From the NCBI GenBank assembly GCA_965267345.1, contig OZ253947.1, positions 266,814 to 330,813 on the forward strand: a DNA stretch of 64,000 bases, written 5' to 3'. The stretch's first letter is position 1; every line of letters starts with the position of its first letter. A program made the position numbers and the translations under genes. The stretch comes from Minisyncoccota bacterium (GTDB lineage: Bacteria; Patescibacteriota; Minisyncoccia; Phycocordibacterales; UBA2100). The notes beneath the pieces were generated by a model, which saw only the letters and a list, made by a program, of their open reading frames with translations, did not search any database and was not told the origin of the DNA. Of this stretch, positions 50,271-58,971 are shown piece after piece.

Positions 50271-51947
50271 CTATTCCTCAGTTTCGAGTGCGCCGTCGCT
50301 GCGAATCACAACATCGTCGCCCTCGTTTAAACCACGTGCATCAGTCACAATCGTCGTGAGTGCGGTAATACCGCCTTCAATTTCGACTGATGTACCAATC
50401 ACATCGCCGAGTGTCACTTCATGCGCAACGAGTACACCGTCGGCAACAGAAAAGACAAAGGCACCGGCTCCGGTCAACTTCAGCGCTGAAATAGGTACTA
50501 ACAGTGGCGTGTCAGCCTGTTGATCAGTGTCAGCAACTGCAGTGGCGAATGCGACCTCAGTGCGCGTGCCGTGTGCAAGTGTTACATCGGTATCACTGAG
50601 CGCAACGCGTACCTCAATTTGCTTTGTCACCGGATCGAGTCCGGGTGCAATGCTGGTAATAACAGCGTCGTAGGTATTGGCGACCGTTGCCGTACCACCG
50701 ACACGAAGACGTGTGGCTGCCTCAGGCGCCACAAAGGTCACCACCTCGAGTGTTGATTCATTCGCGACGAGTCCAACCTCCTGATAGGAAGTCACGAAAT
50801 CGCCGGCGGCAATTGAAAGGGTGGTTACCGTCCCCGTAACGGGGGTGCGGATGTAGGTGTTCTCAAGCCGCGCGTATGCCTGCGCGAGACTTGCCTGTGC
50901 CTGCTCAACTTGCGCAGCGGCAACGTCAATATCTTCCTGCTGAGCACCCGTGACACCTTCCTGTTGCTTTTGGAGTGCAACGGTGTACGCACTTTGCGCA
51001 CTGCGCAGCGCACCGCGACTTGTTGAAAGTGATGAACGCGCCGAGAGAATATTGGTGCGTGCAGCAGTTGCCGTGCTCTCGTACGTACTAATGGTCGTTG
51101 CCGACACTTCCGCAGTCTCAATTGCACCATCAACAACGGTAATCAGTGTATCCAGAAAACCCTTGATACGGAGGAGCTCTTCCTCAACGGTCGCAATTTC
51201 AGTAATCAGAGCATCAGCAGCGAGTGTATTTACGGCTGCGTCGGCTTCAGCATGACGCTCGACAACCGATTGCAACAAAAAGCGCTCGTGTTCGACTTCA
51301 TTTGCCTGTGCGCCACGTGTTGAGTCAAACGCAAGGGACGGATTTGGTCCGTCAGGATCGGTGAACATCGCATCAACGCCACCAGACAGAGCTGAGTCAG
51401 TTGCGGCATATGCGGAAAGCAGAGTGTTGGCTGCCGAAACACGTGCCTCAGCGAGCGCTTCACGGGCACTTTCAGTATTTGCTTCAAGTACGGCAAGTTG
51501 CTCGTCGCGGGTACCGCCCGCAACCTTATTCAAGCTTGCCTGTGCCTGACTCAAGCTTGCCTGTGCCTGTGCCACACTTGCGCGTTCAGTTGCATTTTCA
51601 ATCGTGGCAATAATACGTCCTGCAGCAACACGGTCACCAACGCCAACGCTGACGCTGGTAATGAGTCCTGCTTGTTTTGCGCGCAAGTCGCCTTCGGCTT
51701 GTGATTTTACTTCGCCGGTTGTTACCAGCTGAGCACCGGCGCCAGCAAGTGCACCCGCCTGACGCACGGTTACACTACGCGTCGGTGTTTCGGTCTCTGC
51801 AGGGTCGCCCGAGCGTACAATAGCGTTTGCTGCAGCAACAAGCACGAACGCAGCAATAATAGTGAGTGCAATGACACGGCGGCGGTTAATCATGCCGCGC
51901 AGGCGCGACGGGATACCCAAGAGGGTCGTACGTACTGAATATAGCAT
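50271..51947 (-). CDS. RND periplasmic adaptor (HlyD/MFP) with very long helical insert
   Basis: TM helix, lipoyl halves VGVGDRVAAG and IRTPVTGTV, AQAQASL heptads, LLVPISAL, GLNEGDDV. Confidence 0.88.
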   Translation of the reverse strand: MLYSVRTTLLGIPSRLRGMINRRRVIALTIIAAFVLVAAANAIVRSGDPAETETPTRSVTVRQAGALAGAGAQLVTTGEVKSQAEGDLRAKQAGLITSVSVGVGDRVAAGRIIATIENATERASVAQAQASLSQAQASLNKVAGGTRDEQLAVLEANTESAREALAEARVSAANTLLSAYAATDSALSGGVDAMFTDPDGPNPSLAFDSTRGAQANEVEHERFLLQSVVERHAEADAAVNTLAADALITEIATVEEELLRIKGFLDTLITVVDGAIETAEVSATTISTYESTATAARTNILSARSSLSTSRGALRSAQSAYTVALQKQQEGVTGAQQEDIDVAAAQVEQAQASLAQAYARLENTYIRTPVTGTVTTLSIAAGDFVTSYQEVGLVANESTLEVVTFVAPEAATRLRVGGTATVANTYDAVITSIAPGLDPVTKQIEVRVALSDTDVTLAHGTRTEVAFATAVADTDQQADTPLLVPISALKLTGAGAFVFSVADGVLVAHEVTLGDVIGTSVEIEGGITALTTIVTDARGLNEGDDVVIRSDGALETEE

Positions 51948-52037
51948 GGTGTGACTTTACAATAATTTTTATATATGTCAATTTTCTTGCGCCTGCAGCA
52001 TGCTGCCGCTACAATAGGCACCTTAGCGTAACACTAA

Positions 52038-52268
52038 ATGTTCATGTTCAAAAACTTTCTGGTGAAAAAAATGATTAAGTCGCAGCTCAAAAATATGCCG
52101 AAAGAGCAGGCTGAGATGATTGAGCAGATGGTTGAGAAAGATCCCGACCTGTTCGTTAAAATGGCAAAAGAGACGCAGGAGCTTGTGAAGCAGGGGAAAG
52201 ATCAGGCGAGTGCCATGATGCAGGTGTCAAAGAAGTACCAGAAAGAATTGCAGCGACTGGCACAGTAA
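52038..52268 (+). CDS. Small Lys/Met/Gln-rich helical hypothetical protein
   Basis: 76-aa ORF with a TACAAT -10 box upstream; divergent from the RND genes. Confidence 0.7.
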   Translation: MFMFKNFLVKKMIKSQLKNMPKEQAEMIEQMVEKDPDLFVKMAKETQELVKQGKDQASAMMQVSKKYQKELQRLAQ

Positions 52269-52311
52269 AATTTGACACACTTCTAAATTTGTACCTTGTT
52301 GTTTTTTGGGG

Positions 52312-52340
52312 TTGACCGCTGATACCTACAGGTGTAGTGT
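52312..52340 (+). promoter_or_regulatory. Sigma70-type promoter with no ORF directly downstream
   Basis: TTGACC-17 nt-TAGTGT. Confidence 0.55.
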
Positions 52341-52345
52341 GTCCC

Positions 52346-52486
52346 GTAGGTGACTATTTCGGGTTTCGGCTTGAAGTGGCCACCGTGGTATTCGACTCTT
52401 CGGAGTTGAATACCACGGTGTTCATTTCGATCTCCGGATTGAAATGGCACCACTGAAAGATGTCTGCTTCGGCAGGCATTTTTCAT
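52346..52486 (+). ncRNA. Candidate structured ncRNA: three related hairpins plus a terminator-like hairpin, 34-nt periodicity
   Basis: TTCG/TCCG loops at 52365, 52399, 52433 and 52468; 14-18-bp stems with G-U pairs that work on the + strand. Confidence 0.65.
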
Positions 52487-52679
52487 TGTCTAGTGACGCG
52501 AGAGGAATGCGGAGCCTGATTTAGAGCATGTCCCAAATACGGAAGACTTGAGATTTCGTATTTGGGACATGAGAGAAATACCGACGTAGTCGCCGCATTC
52601 CCGAGCAAATGACGACAACATGAGAGTAATGCGAAGCGTTACTGCTCTTATTATCTCGATTTACTTCTGCCACTAGACA
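52487..52679. repeat. ~193-bp nested-hairpin element bounded by inverted repeats (MITE-like or structured RNA)
   Basis: TGTCTAGTG...CACTAGACA ends; GGAATGCGG/CCGCATTCC; 18-bp stem CATGTCCCAAATACGGAA/TTTCGTATTTGGGACATG. Confidence 0.6.
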
Positions 52680-52697
52680 CATGTATACTACACGGCC

Positions 52698-53798
52698 ATG
52701 TCACTCAGTATTGGAATTGTTGGATTGCCAAACGTCGGGAAATCGACGCTCTTTAATGCACTTACGAAAAAATCGGTTGCGGCTGAAAATTTTCCGTTTT
52801 GTACCATTGATCCCTCAGTCGGCGTCGTTGCCGTTCCCGACGTGCGTTTAGACCGCTTAAGTGCCATGAGTCAGTCTGAAAAGACAATTCCTGCAGCGGT
52901 TGAATTTGTTGATATCGCCGGCCTCGTTAAAGGTGCCTCAGAAGGTGAAGGGCTGGGCAACCAATTTTTGGCGCACATTCGTGAAGTTGACGCCGTGGCG
53001 CAGGTAGTGCGTGTCTTTGATGACGAAGATATCACCCACGTACACGGCGCAGTCAACCCGATGCACGATATCGATATCATCAATATTGAACTCGTGCTCG
53101 CTGACACGGCGACAGTGCACAAGCGCATGAACACACTCGCTCGCGAGGTAAAAAGCGGCGATAAGGAGGCAAAAACCCTCATGGGCGCACTCGAGAAGAT
53201 ACTGCAGACCCTTGAGGCAGGGAAGTTGGCGCGAACAACGCTCCTCGACGAAAAAGAACTTGCACTGGTGAAAGAGCTTCACTTGATCACCATGAAGCCA
53301 TTTATGTACGTACTCAATAAGAAAAATGGTGCGTACAATGTCCATGAACATGATGGTGAACGACGCGATACACTTAAGCGCTTTCTTGAAGACGCAGGCG
53401 CACACTGGGTTGAAGTTGATGCGGGTGTTGAGCATGAGCTCAAAGATGTACACACCGATGAGGCTGCCGAATTTCGTCGCGAATTTGGCGTGATTGAAAG
53501 CGGCGTTGATGAATTGATTCGTGCAGGTTACGCACTCCTCGATTTGATTTCATTTTTCACCACAGGGCCGAAGGAAAGTCGTGCGTGGACGATACAGCGA
53601 GGCGCAACCGCGCAGGAGGCCGGTGCCGCCATCCACAGTGACTTTCGTGATAAGTTTATTCGCGCTGACGTTATCCAATGGGATACACTGCTTCGTGCTG
53701 GGAGCTGGGCAACGGCGCGCGAGGACGGCCTCATTCGCACTGAAGGGAAGGCGTACACCGTGGCCGATGGCGATGTGATGGAATTCAAGCATAGCTAG
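52698..53798 (+). CDS. ychF: Redox-regulated ATPase YchF
   Basis: GIVGLPNVGKSTLFNALT, NFPFCTIDP, DIAGLVKGASEGEGLGNQFL, EGKAYTVADGD. Confidence 0.97.
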   Translation: MSLSIGIVGLPNVGKSTLFNALTKKSVAAENFPFCTIDPSVGVVAVPDVRLDRLSAMSQSEKTIPAAVEFVDIAGLVKGASEGEGLGNQFLAHIREVDAVAQVVRVFDDEDITHVHGAVNPMHDIDIINIELVLADTATVHKRMNTLAREVKSGDKEAKTLMGALEKILQTLEAGKLARTTLLDEKELALVKELHLITMKPFMYVLNKKNGAYNVHEHDGERRDTLKRFLEDAGAHWVEVDAGVEHELKDVHTDEAAEFRREFGVIESGVDELIRAGYALLDLISFFTTGPKESRAWTIQRGATAQEAGAAIHSDFRDKFIRADVIQWDTLLRAGSWATAREDGLIRTEGKAYTVADGDVMEFKHS

Positions 53799-53865
53799 CA
53801 CAATTCGATTGTGCTTTGCATGCCGCTCCCGTACAATTTACCTATTACTGGATAGTCGCCGTTAT

Positions 53866-54819
53866 ATGAATAATGAACACACAAAGGTAACGCCGAAAGA
53901 CTTCTTCCTGTGGCTGGGTGCAATGGTGGCACTCTACATCTCAGTGGGAAGCTTTGTTGCACTCCTTTTTGAGTACATCGACCGACTCGTCGGTCCGCAC
54001 ATCGCCGGATACGATCCGTACTCCGGTGGCATCAGCTTTGCGATTGCATCGCTTATCGTGCTGTTTCCTGTATACGTATACCTCACCCGTATGCTTAATC
54101 AGGACATTCGCGCACATCCTGAGAAGCGCGAACTCTGGGTACGCCGTTGGCTGGTCTTTTTGACCGTGTTTGCCGCCGGCATTGGTATGATTATTGACCT
54201 CATTGTGCTGCTGTACACATTCCTCAGCGGCGAGGCACTCACCACAGCATTTCTTTTGAAAGTGGTGACGATTCTCGTGATCTTTGGTGCTGTACTGTAC
54301 TACTACCTACAGGCATTGCGTGGCGTGTGGGAGCAGCACGAAAAGCGCTCACGGATGATCGGCTACGCCACCGGTGCGATTGTGATCATCGCGATTATTG
54401 GCGGCTTCTTCATCATGGGTTCGCCGCAAGCACAACGCGAACTGCGTGACGATCAAGCACGTATTAGTGATCTGCAAATGCTGGAAACGCGTATTCAAGA
54501 CTACTACCGCGACAAGCAGGAACTTCCTGAGGAACTTGCGGATATTACATCTGACTACCAGGGTGCCTACCTGCCGCGCGACCCGCGCACGAATGAGTCG
54601 TATGAGTATGCGCGCATTGATGCGACAACATTTGAGCTCTGCGCCACCTTTGCGCAGCCACTCCCGCACCTTGAAGCAGGAGCGGCGGCGAGCGACGACT
54701 GGCGCGTGCGCGAACTTGAGCGCCAACAGGCAAATTGGGATCACGATGCGGGACACACCTGTTTCGAGAAAGAGATCGATCCTGATCGCCTCCAGCCACT
54801 GACACCTGCAGTGCGCTAG
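53866..54819 (+). CDS. Multi-TM membrane protein (DUF5671-like) with pilin-like C-terminal domain
   Basis: PKDFFL, five TM helices, GSPQAQRELRDDQARISDL, PRDPRTNESYEY, FELCATF. Confidence 0.72.
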   Translation: MNNEHTKVTPKDFFLWLGAMVALYISVGSFVALLFEYIDRLVGPHIAGYDPYSGGISFAIASLIVLFPVYVYLTRMLNQDIRAHPEKRELWVRRWLVFLTVFAAGIGMIIDLIVLLYTFLSGEALTTAFLLKVVTILVIFGAVLYYYLQALRGVWEQHEKRSRMIGYATGAIVIIAIIGGFFIMGSPQAQRELRDDQARISDLQMLETRIQDYYRDKQELPEELADITSDYQGAYLPRDPRTNESYEYARIDATTFELCATFAQPLPHLEAGAAASDDWRVRELERQQANWDHDAGHTCFEKEIDPDRLQPLTPAVR

Positions 54820-54844
54820 CCGCGTAGAAAAAGCGGAGTATATA

Positions 54845-54874
54845 AAGAGCGCGGAACGAAAGTTCCGCGCTCTT
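54845..54874. terminator. Terminator between convergent genes
   Basis: AAGAGCGCGGAAC-GAAA-GTTCCGCGCTCTT. Confidence 0.8.
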
Positions 54875-54892
54875 CTCTACGTGGGCGCCTAG

Positions 54893-55033
54893 CTACGCGT
54901 GGTGCGCCTGCTGCGCTTCTTTGGCGAGGCGATTCGCCCGCGCCTGCTTAGCTGCATGCTCACGCCGCTTTGCATCGGCCGCACGTTGAGCCGCATGTTG
55001 CTTGCCGTTACATCCTTTAAATTTGCGTGCCAC
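54893..55033 (-). CDS. Small basic Ala/Arg/Lys-rich protein (46 aa)
   Basis: AAAGGAGG SD then GTG; MARKFKGCNGKQHAAQRAADAKRREHAAKQARANRLAKEAQQAHHA; terminator follows; not in the ORF track. Confidence 0.6.
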   Translation of the reverse strand: MARKFKGCNGKQHAAQRAADAKRREHAAKQARANRLAKEAQQAHHA

Positions 55034-55291
55034 GATCTTTCCTCCTTTCGTAGCTCGAGGATAACGAACACGAGCCGATCTGCGGTGACCGACTCTGTTT
55101 TATGTATGCTGTGTTGGTGAGGTTACTGAGAGATACACAAAGCACAGCCGGCCACTGCGTGCTGCTGACCGATTAGTAGTAGTGTGCTGTGTGCGACGAT
55201 GTGCATATCTCTTTTGTACCATATGCATATACGCATGCAACACCACCATCTGTGTATTTTCGCCGCTACACAAGTATGCTACGTTTAGCGC

Positions 55292-57742
55292 ATGGCAGAC
55301 TACAACCACAGCGACATCGAAAAGAAGTGGCAAGACCAATGGGAGAAGGATGGACTCTACACTGTTGAGAACGCTGTTGCCGACAAAGAGAACGAGTACG
55401 TACTCGTTGAATTTCCGTATCCGTCAGGAAATCTGCACGTCGGACACTGGTACGCATTCACCGTACCGGACATGTACGCCCGCTTTTGGCGTATGCAGGG
55501 GAAGCAGGTGCTCTTTCCGTTTGGTTTTGATGCATTCGGATTGCCCGCAGAAAATGCGGCGATCAAGCGTGGCCTTAACCCACGCGACTGGACCTACGAA
55601 AATATAGAGGCGATGCGCACCCAGTTGCGTAGCATGGGTGGCATGTTTGACTGGTCACGCGAAGTCGTGACCTGCGACCCTGCATACTACAAATGGACCC
55701 AGTGGCAATTTATACAGTTTTTTAACGCCAATCTCGTTTCGCAAAAAGAAACGCAGGTGAATTGGTGTCCTTCGTGTAAAACGGTGCTCGCTAATGAGCA
55801 AGTTGTTAACAATGCGTGCGAGCGCTGCGACAGTGAAGTGGAACACAAAAGCATGCTGCAGTGGAATATTGCTATAACGCAGTACGCTGATCGTTTACTT
55901 AAAGACCTGAATGAGTTGGACTGGCCGGAGCCGATCAAAGAATCACAACGCAACTGGATCGGCAAAAGCGAAGGTGCTGAAATTGATTTCCCACTTACGT
56001 TTACCCTCTATCCTGAGCACAACACATGGCGCAACCCTGACGGCACCGCTGCGCATGTACGCATCTTTACGACACGTCCTGACACGCTGTACGGTACCAC
56101 GTACATTGTGCTTGCCCCTGAGCACCATTGGGTGCGTGCGTTATGGGACACTGAGCACGACAATGCTATTGCAAACAAACAAGAGGTAACTGACTACGTG
56201 AAGGCGGCGCAAAAGAAAAGCGATATCGAGCGGACTGCCGAGGGGCGCGAGAAAACCGGTGTTGAACTCAAAGGTATCAAGGCAATCAACCCCGCAACGA
56301 AAGAAGAGATCCCTGTGTATGTTTCTGACTATGTGCTCGCGCACTACGGCACCGGTGCCATCATGGCAGTACCCGCACACGATGAGCGCGACTTTGCATT
56401 TGCCACACAATTCGAGCTTCCTATTGTGCCGGTTATCGAGGCCGAGGATACCGCGCTGCCATACACCGGAACGGGAACCCTCATCAACTCAGGCGATTTT
56501 GACGGACGTGACTCTGATGAAGCAAAAGCGGCTATCACTGAGCATGTCGGTGGGGCACTCAGCGCTAATTACAAGCTTCGCGACTGGACGGTGTCGCGAC
56601 AGCGCTACTGGGGTGTGCCCATTCCGATCATTCACTGCGCCAACTGTGGAGCAGTACCCGTACCTGACGAACAGCTGCCCGTCGAGCTTCCCGCTATTGA
56701 CGACTACCTGCCGCGTGACGACGGCAAATCACCGCTGGCAAAGGCGACTGACTGGCTCCACACGACGTGTCCGAGCTGTGGCGGTGACGCAGAACGCGAA
56801 ACCGACACCCTCGATACCTTTGTGGACTCATCGTGGTACTACATTCGCTACACCGATCCGAACAATGCTGAACAGTTCGCCTCTAGCGATGCACAAGCAG
56901 CATGGCTTCCCGTCGACTTTTACTCAGGCGGTGCTGAGCACACGACCATGCACCTTCTCTACAGTCGATTCTGGCACAAGGCACTGTTTGATCTCGGGCT
57001 CGTGAACGAAAAGGAGCCGTACACACGCCGCATGAATCGCGGACTCATCATGGGGCCTGATGGTAATAAAATGAGCAAATCGAAAGGAAACGTCATCGAT
57101 CCCGATGATGTGGTTGCACGACTCGGTGCTGACACCGTACGCACGTACTTAGCGTTTATTGGGCCATTTAATGAAGTGGGGCACTACCCGTGGAGTCCTG
57201 ACGGCATCGTCGGTGTACGTCGCTTTTTGGAGCGTGTATGGCGCCTCGGCCAACGTCCATTTGCCGATACTGCTGATGAGGACGTTGATCGCGCACTGCA
57301 TAAGACCATTCAAAAGGTGCGCGATGATATGCGGGCACTTAAATTTAATACCGCAATTGCCGCACTCATGACGCTCGTAAATACCTGTGAGAAAACAGCA
57401 CCGACACGCGATCAGTACGCAACACTACTTCAACTCCTGTCACCGTGCGCACCGCACATAACCGAGGAACTCTGGCGCGAACAGCTAGGGAACACCGAGT
57501 CAATTCACCTTAGTGCGTGGCCCGAATACGATAGTGACAAGCTCACGACCGACACCGTGAACATCGCCGTACAGGTGAACGGTAAATTGCGCGCCACACT
57601 CACACTTCCGACCGATACAGACGAAGAAGCGGCAATTGCGGCGGCGCGTGCAGACGCCAATGTAGCAAAGTGGCTCGACGGCGCCACGATTGCACGCACC
57701 ATTTTTGTTCCGCAGCGACTCATTAACTTCGTAACCACCTAA
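55292..57742 (+). CDS. leuS: Leucine--tRNA ligase
   Basis: FPYPSGNLHVGH, FTTRPDTLYG editing domain, SRQRYWG, KMSKS, VQVNGKLR. Confidence 0.97.
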   Translation: MADYNHSDIEKKWQDQWEKDGLYTVENAVADKENEYVLVEFPYPSGNLHVGHWYAFTVPDMYARFWRMQGKQVLFPFGFDAFGLPAENAAIKRGLNPRDWTYENIEAMRTQLRSMGGMFDWSREVVTCDPAYYKWTQWQFIQFFNANLVSQKETQVNWCPSCKTVLANEQVVNNACERCDSEVEHKSMLQWNIAITQYADRLLKDLNELDWPEPIKESQRNWIGKSEGAEIDFPLTFTLYPEHNTWRNPDGTAAHVRIFTTRPDTLYGTTYIVLAPEHHWVRALWDTEHDNAIANKQEVTDYVKAAQKKSDIERTAEGREKTGVELKGIKAINPATKEEIPVYVSDYVLAHYGTGAIMAVPAHDERDFAFATQFELPIVPVIEAEDTALPYTGTGTLINSGDFDGRDSDEAKAAITEHVGGALSANYKLRDWTVSRQRYWGVPIPIIHCANCGAVPVPDEQLPVELPAIDDYLPRDDGKSPLAKATDWLHTTCPSCGGDAERETDTLDTFVDSSWYYIRYTDPNNAEQFASSDAQAAWLPVDFYSGGAEHTTMHLLYSRFWHKALFDLGLVNEKEPYTRRMNRGLIMGPDGNKMSKSKGNVIDPDDVVARLGADTVRTYLAFIGPFNEVGHYPWSPDGIVGVRRFLERVWRLGQRPFADTADEDVDRALHKTIQKVRDDMRALKFNTAIAALMTLVNTCEKTAPTRDQYATLLQLLSPCAPHITEELWREQLGNTESIHLSAWPEYDSDKLTTDTVNIAVQVNGKLRATLTLPTDTDEEAAIAAARADANVAKWLDGATIARTIFVPQRLINFVTT

Positions 57743-57870
57743 AACATTGACACTTGGTTGTCTGTGTGGTTATATCCTTTGACACATACGCATTTCTGAT
57801 GCCTTGTATCTGTGACCGCGCTATTTGACGCACACGGAAACTCGTGATAAAAGTATGTGTACTTTGTTTT

Positions 57871-58911
57871 ATGGCAACGACCATCACCATTTCATTTAAA
57901 CCAGACCAGACCGTAAAGCGCCTCGTTGATGTGATCGATAACGAACGCACACGTGACGTGCTTTTGCGTCGCTACGGACTCAAAAAAGCACCGACACCGG
58001 AAACACTTGAAGCTGTCGGCCAGAGCTACGGCATTACCCGTGAGCGTGTTCGTCAGATCGAGAATCAGGCACTGCGCCTCATTCAAAAATCAGATGAGTA
58101 CCGTGCCCGCGCACAAGAGTTTACCGAGCTTGCTGAAGCGCTGAAGCGTTTGGGCGGCGTTGCAACGCAGGACGAGATCCTTGCAACGCTTGCACGCAAT
58201 GAGCGTGAGCGTAACTATCTGCTTTTTTTGCTTTCAGTCGGTGAGCACTTTAACCGCGCAAAGGAAGGCGGCGATTTCGTACATCACTGGTACCTCGATG
58301 AGAGTCAGGCACGTAACGTACGCGAAGCGCTGCGTACCCTCTACGCTGCACTTGATGATGCAATTGTACTGCCGGAAGAAGAAATGCTGAGCCTGTATCG
58401 CACCGAACTTGAAAAGCGTCAACAAGAGGCCCGCGACGAAGAATTGCTCCGCCGTTGGCTGCGTCTGTCAAAGAAAATTGCACCGAATCCGCTCGGTGAG
58501 TGGGGACGTGCAACGTCACCGTCAGTGCGCGTGAAGGGCATGCGCGACTTTGCCTACCTTGCACTCAAGCGCCACGGCTCACCAATGCACTTTAGCGAAG
58601 TGGCACAGCGCGTTGAAGAACTCTTCGGAAAGAAGGCGCACATTGCCACAACCCACAACGAACTCATCAAAGACTCACGCTTCGTACTCGTCGGCCGTGG
58701 TCTCTACGCACTTGCTGAATGGGGGTACGCACAAGGTGTCGTGAAAGACGTCATCCGCGAAATCCTCAAAAAGCACGGACCGCTCACGAAACAGGAAATT
58801 GTCGAACGCGTAAAGCGTGAGCGCTACGTCAAAGACAATACCATCGCTGTCAACCTGCAGGACCACACCACGTTCGCTCGTTTGGACGACGGTCGCTACG
58901 AGCTCGCGTAG
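57871..58911 (+). CDS. Sigma70 region 4-like HTH protein with C-terminal winged-HTH domains
   Basis: RRYGL...TLEAVGQSYGITRERVRQIE; GSPMHFSEV...THNELIKDSRFVLVGRGLYALAEWG. Confidence 0.75.
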   Translation: MATTITISFKPDQTVKRLVDVIDNERTRDVLLRRYGLKKAPTPETLEAVGQSYGITRERVRQIENQALRLIQKSDEYRARAQEFTELAEALKRLGGVATQDEILATLARNERERNYLLFLLSVGEHFNRAKEGGDFVHHWYLDESQARNVREALRTLYAALDDAIVLPEEEMLSLYRTELEKRQQEARDEELLRRWLRLSKKIAPNPLGEWGRATSPSVRVKGMRDFAYLALKRHGSPMHFSEVAQRVEELFGKKAHIATTHNELIKDSRFVLVGRGLYALAEWGYAQGVVKDVIREILKKHGPLTKQEIVERVKRERYVKDNTIAVNLQDHTTFARLDDGRYELA

Positions 58912-58971
58912 CCACCCTCTCTTTCACCAGAATACTGAATGCCGCGTGTTGATGCGTGGTATCATGCGCCT

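Noticed and set aside
51531-51572. 21-bp tandem repeat CAAGCTTGCCTGTGCCTG
   Set aside because: Encodes AQAQASL/SQAQASL coiled-coil heptads of the adaptor
52349-52485. CRISPR array interpretation (ATTGAAA-like ends, ~34-nt period)
   Set aside because: Units are contiguous and diverged with no spacers, and there are no cas genes in the window
52283-52486. 67-aa minus-strand ORF in the track
   Set aside because: It lies antisense to the hairpin array, has no recognisable motif or start signal, and the pairing pattern explains the sequence better
55200-55291. T-box riboswitch upstream of leuS
   Set aside because: No GGTGGNACCGCG T-box or terminator; a -10-like box sits 6 nt from ATG
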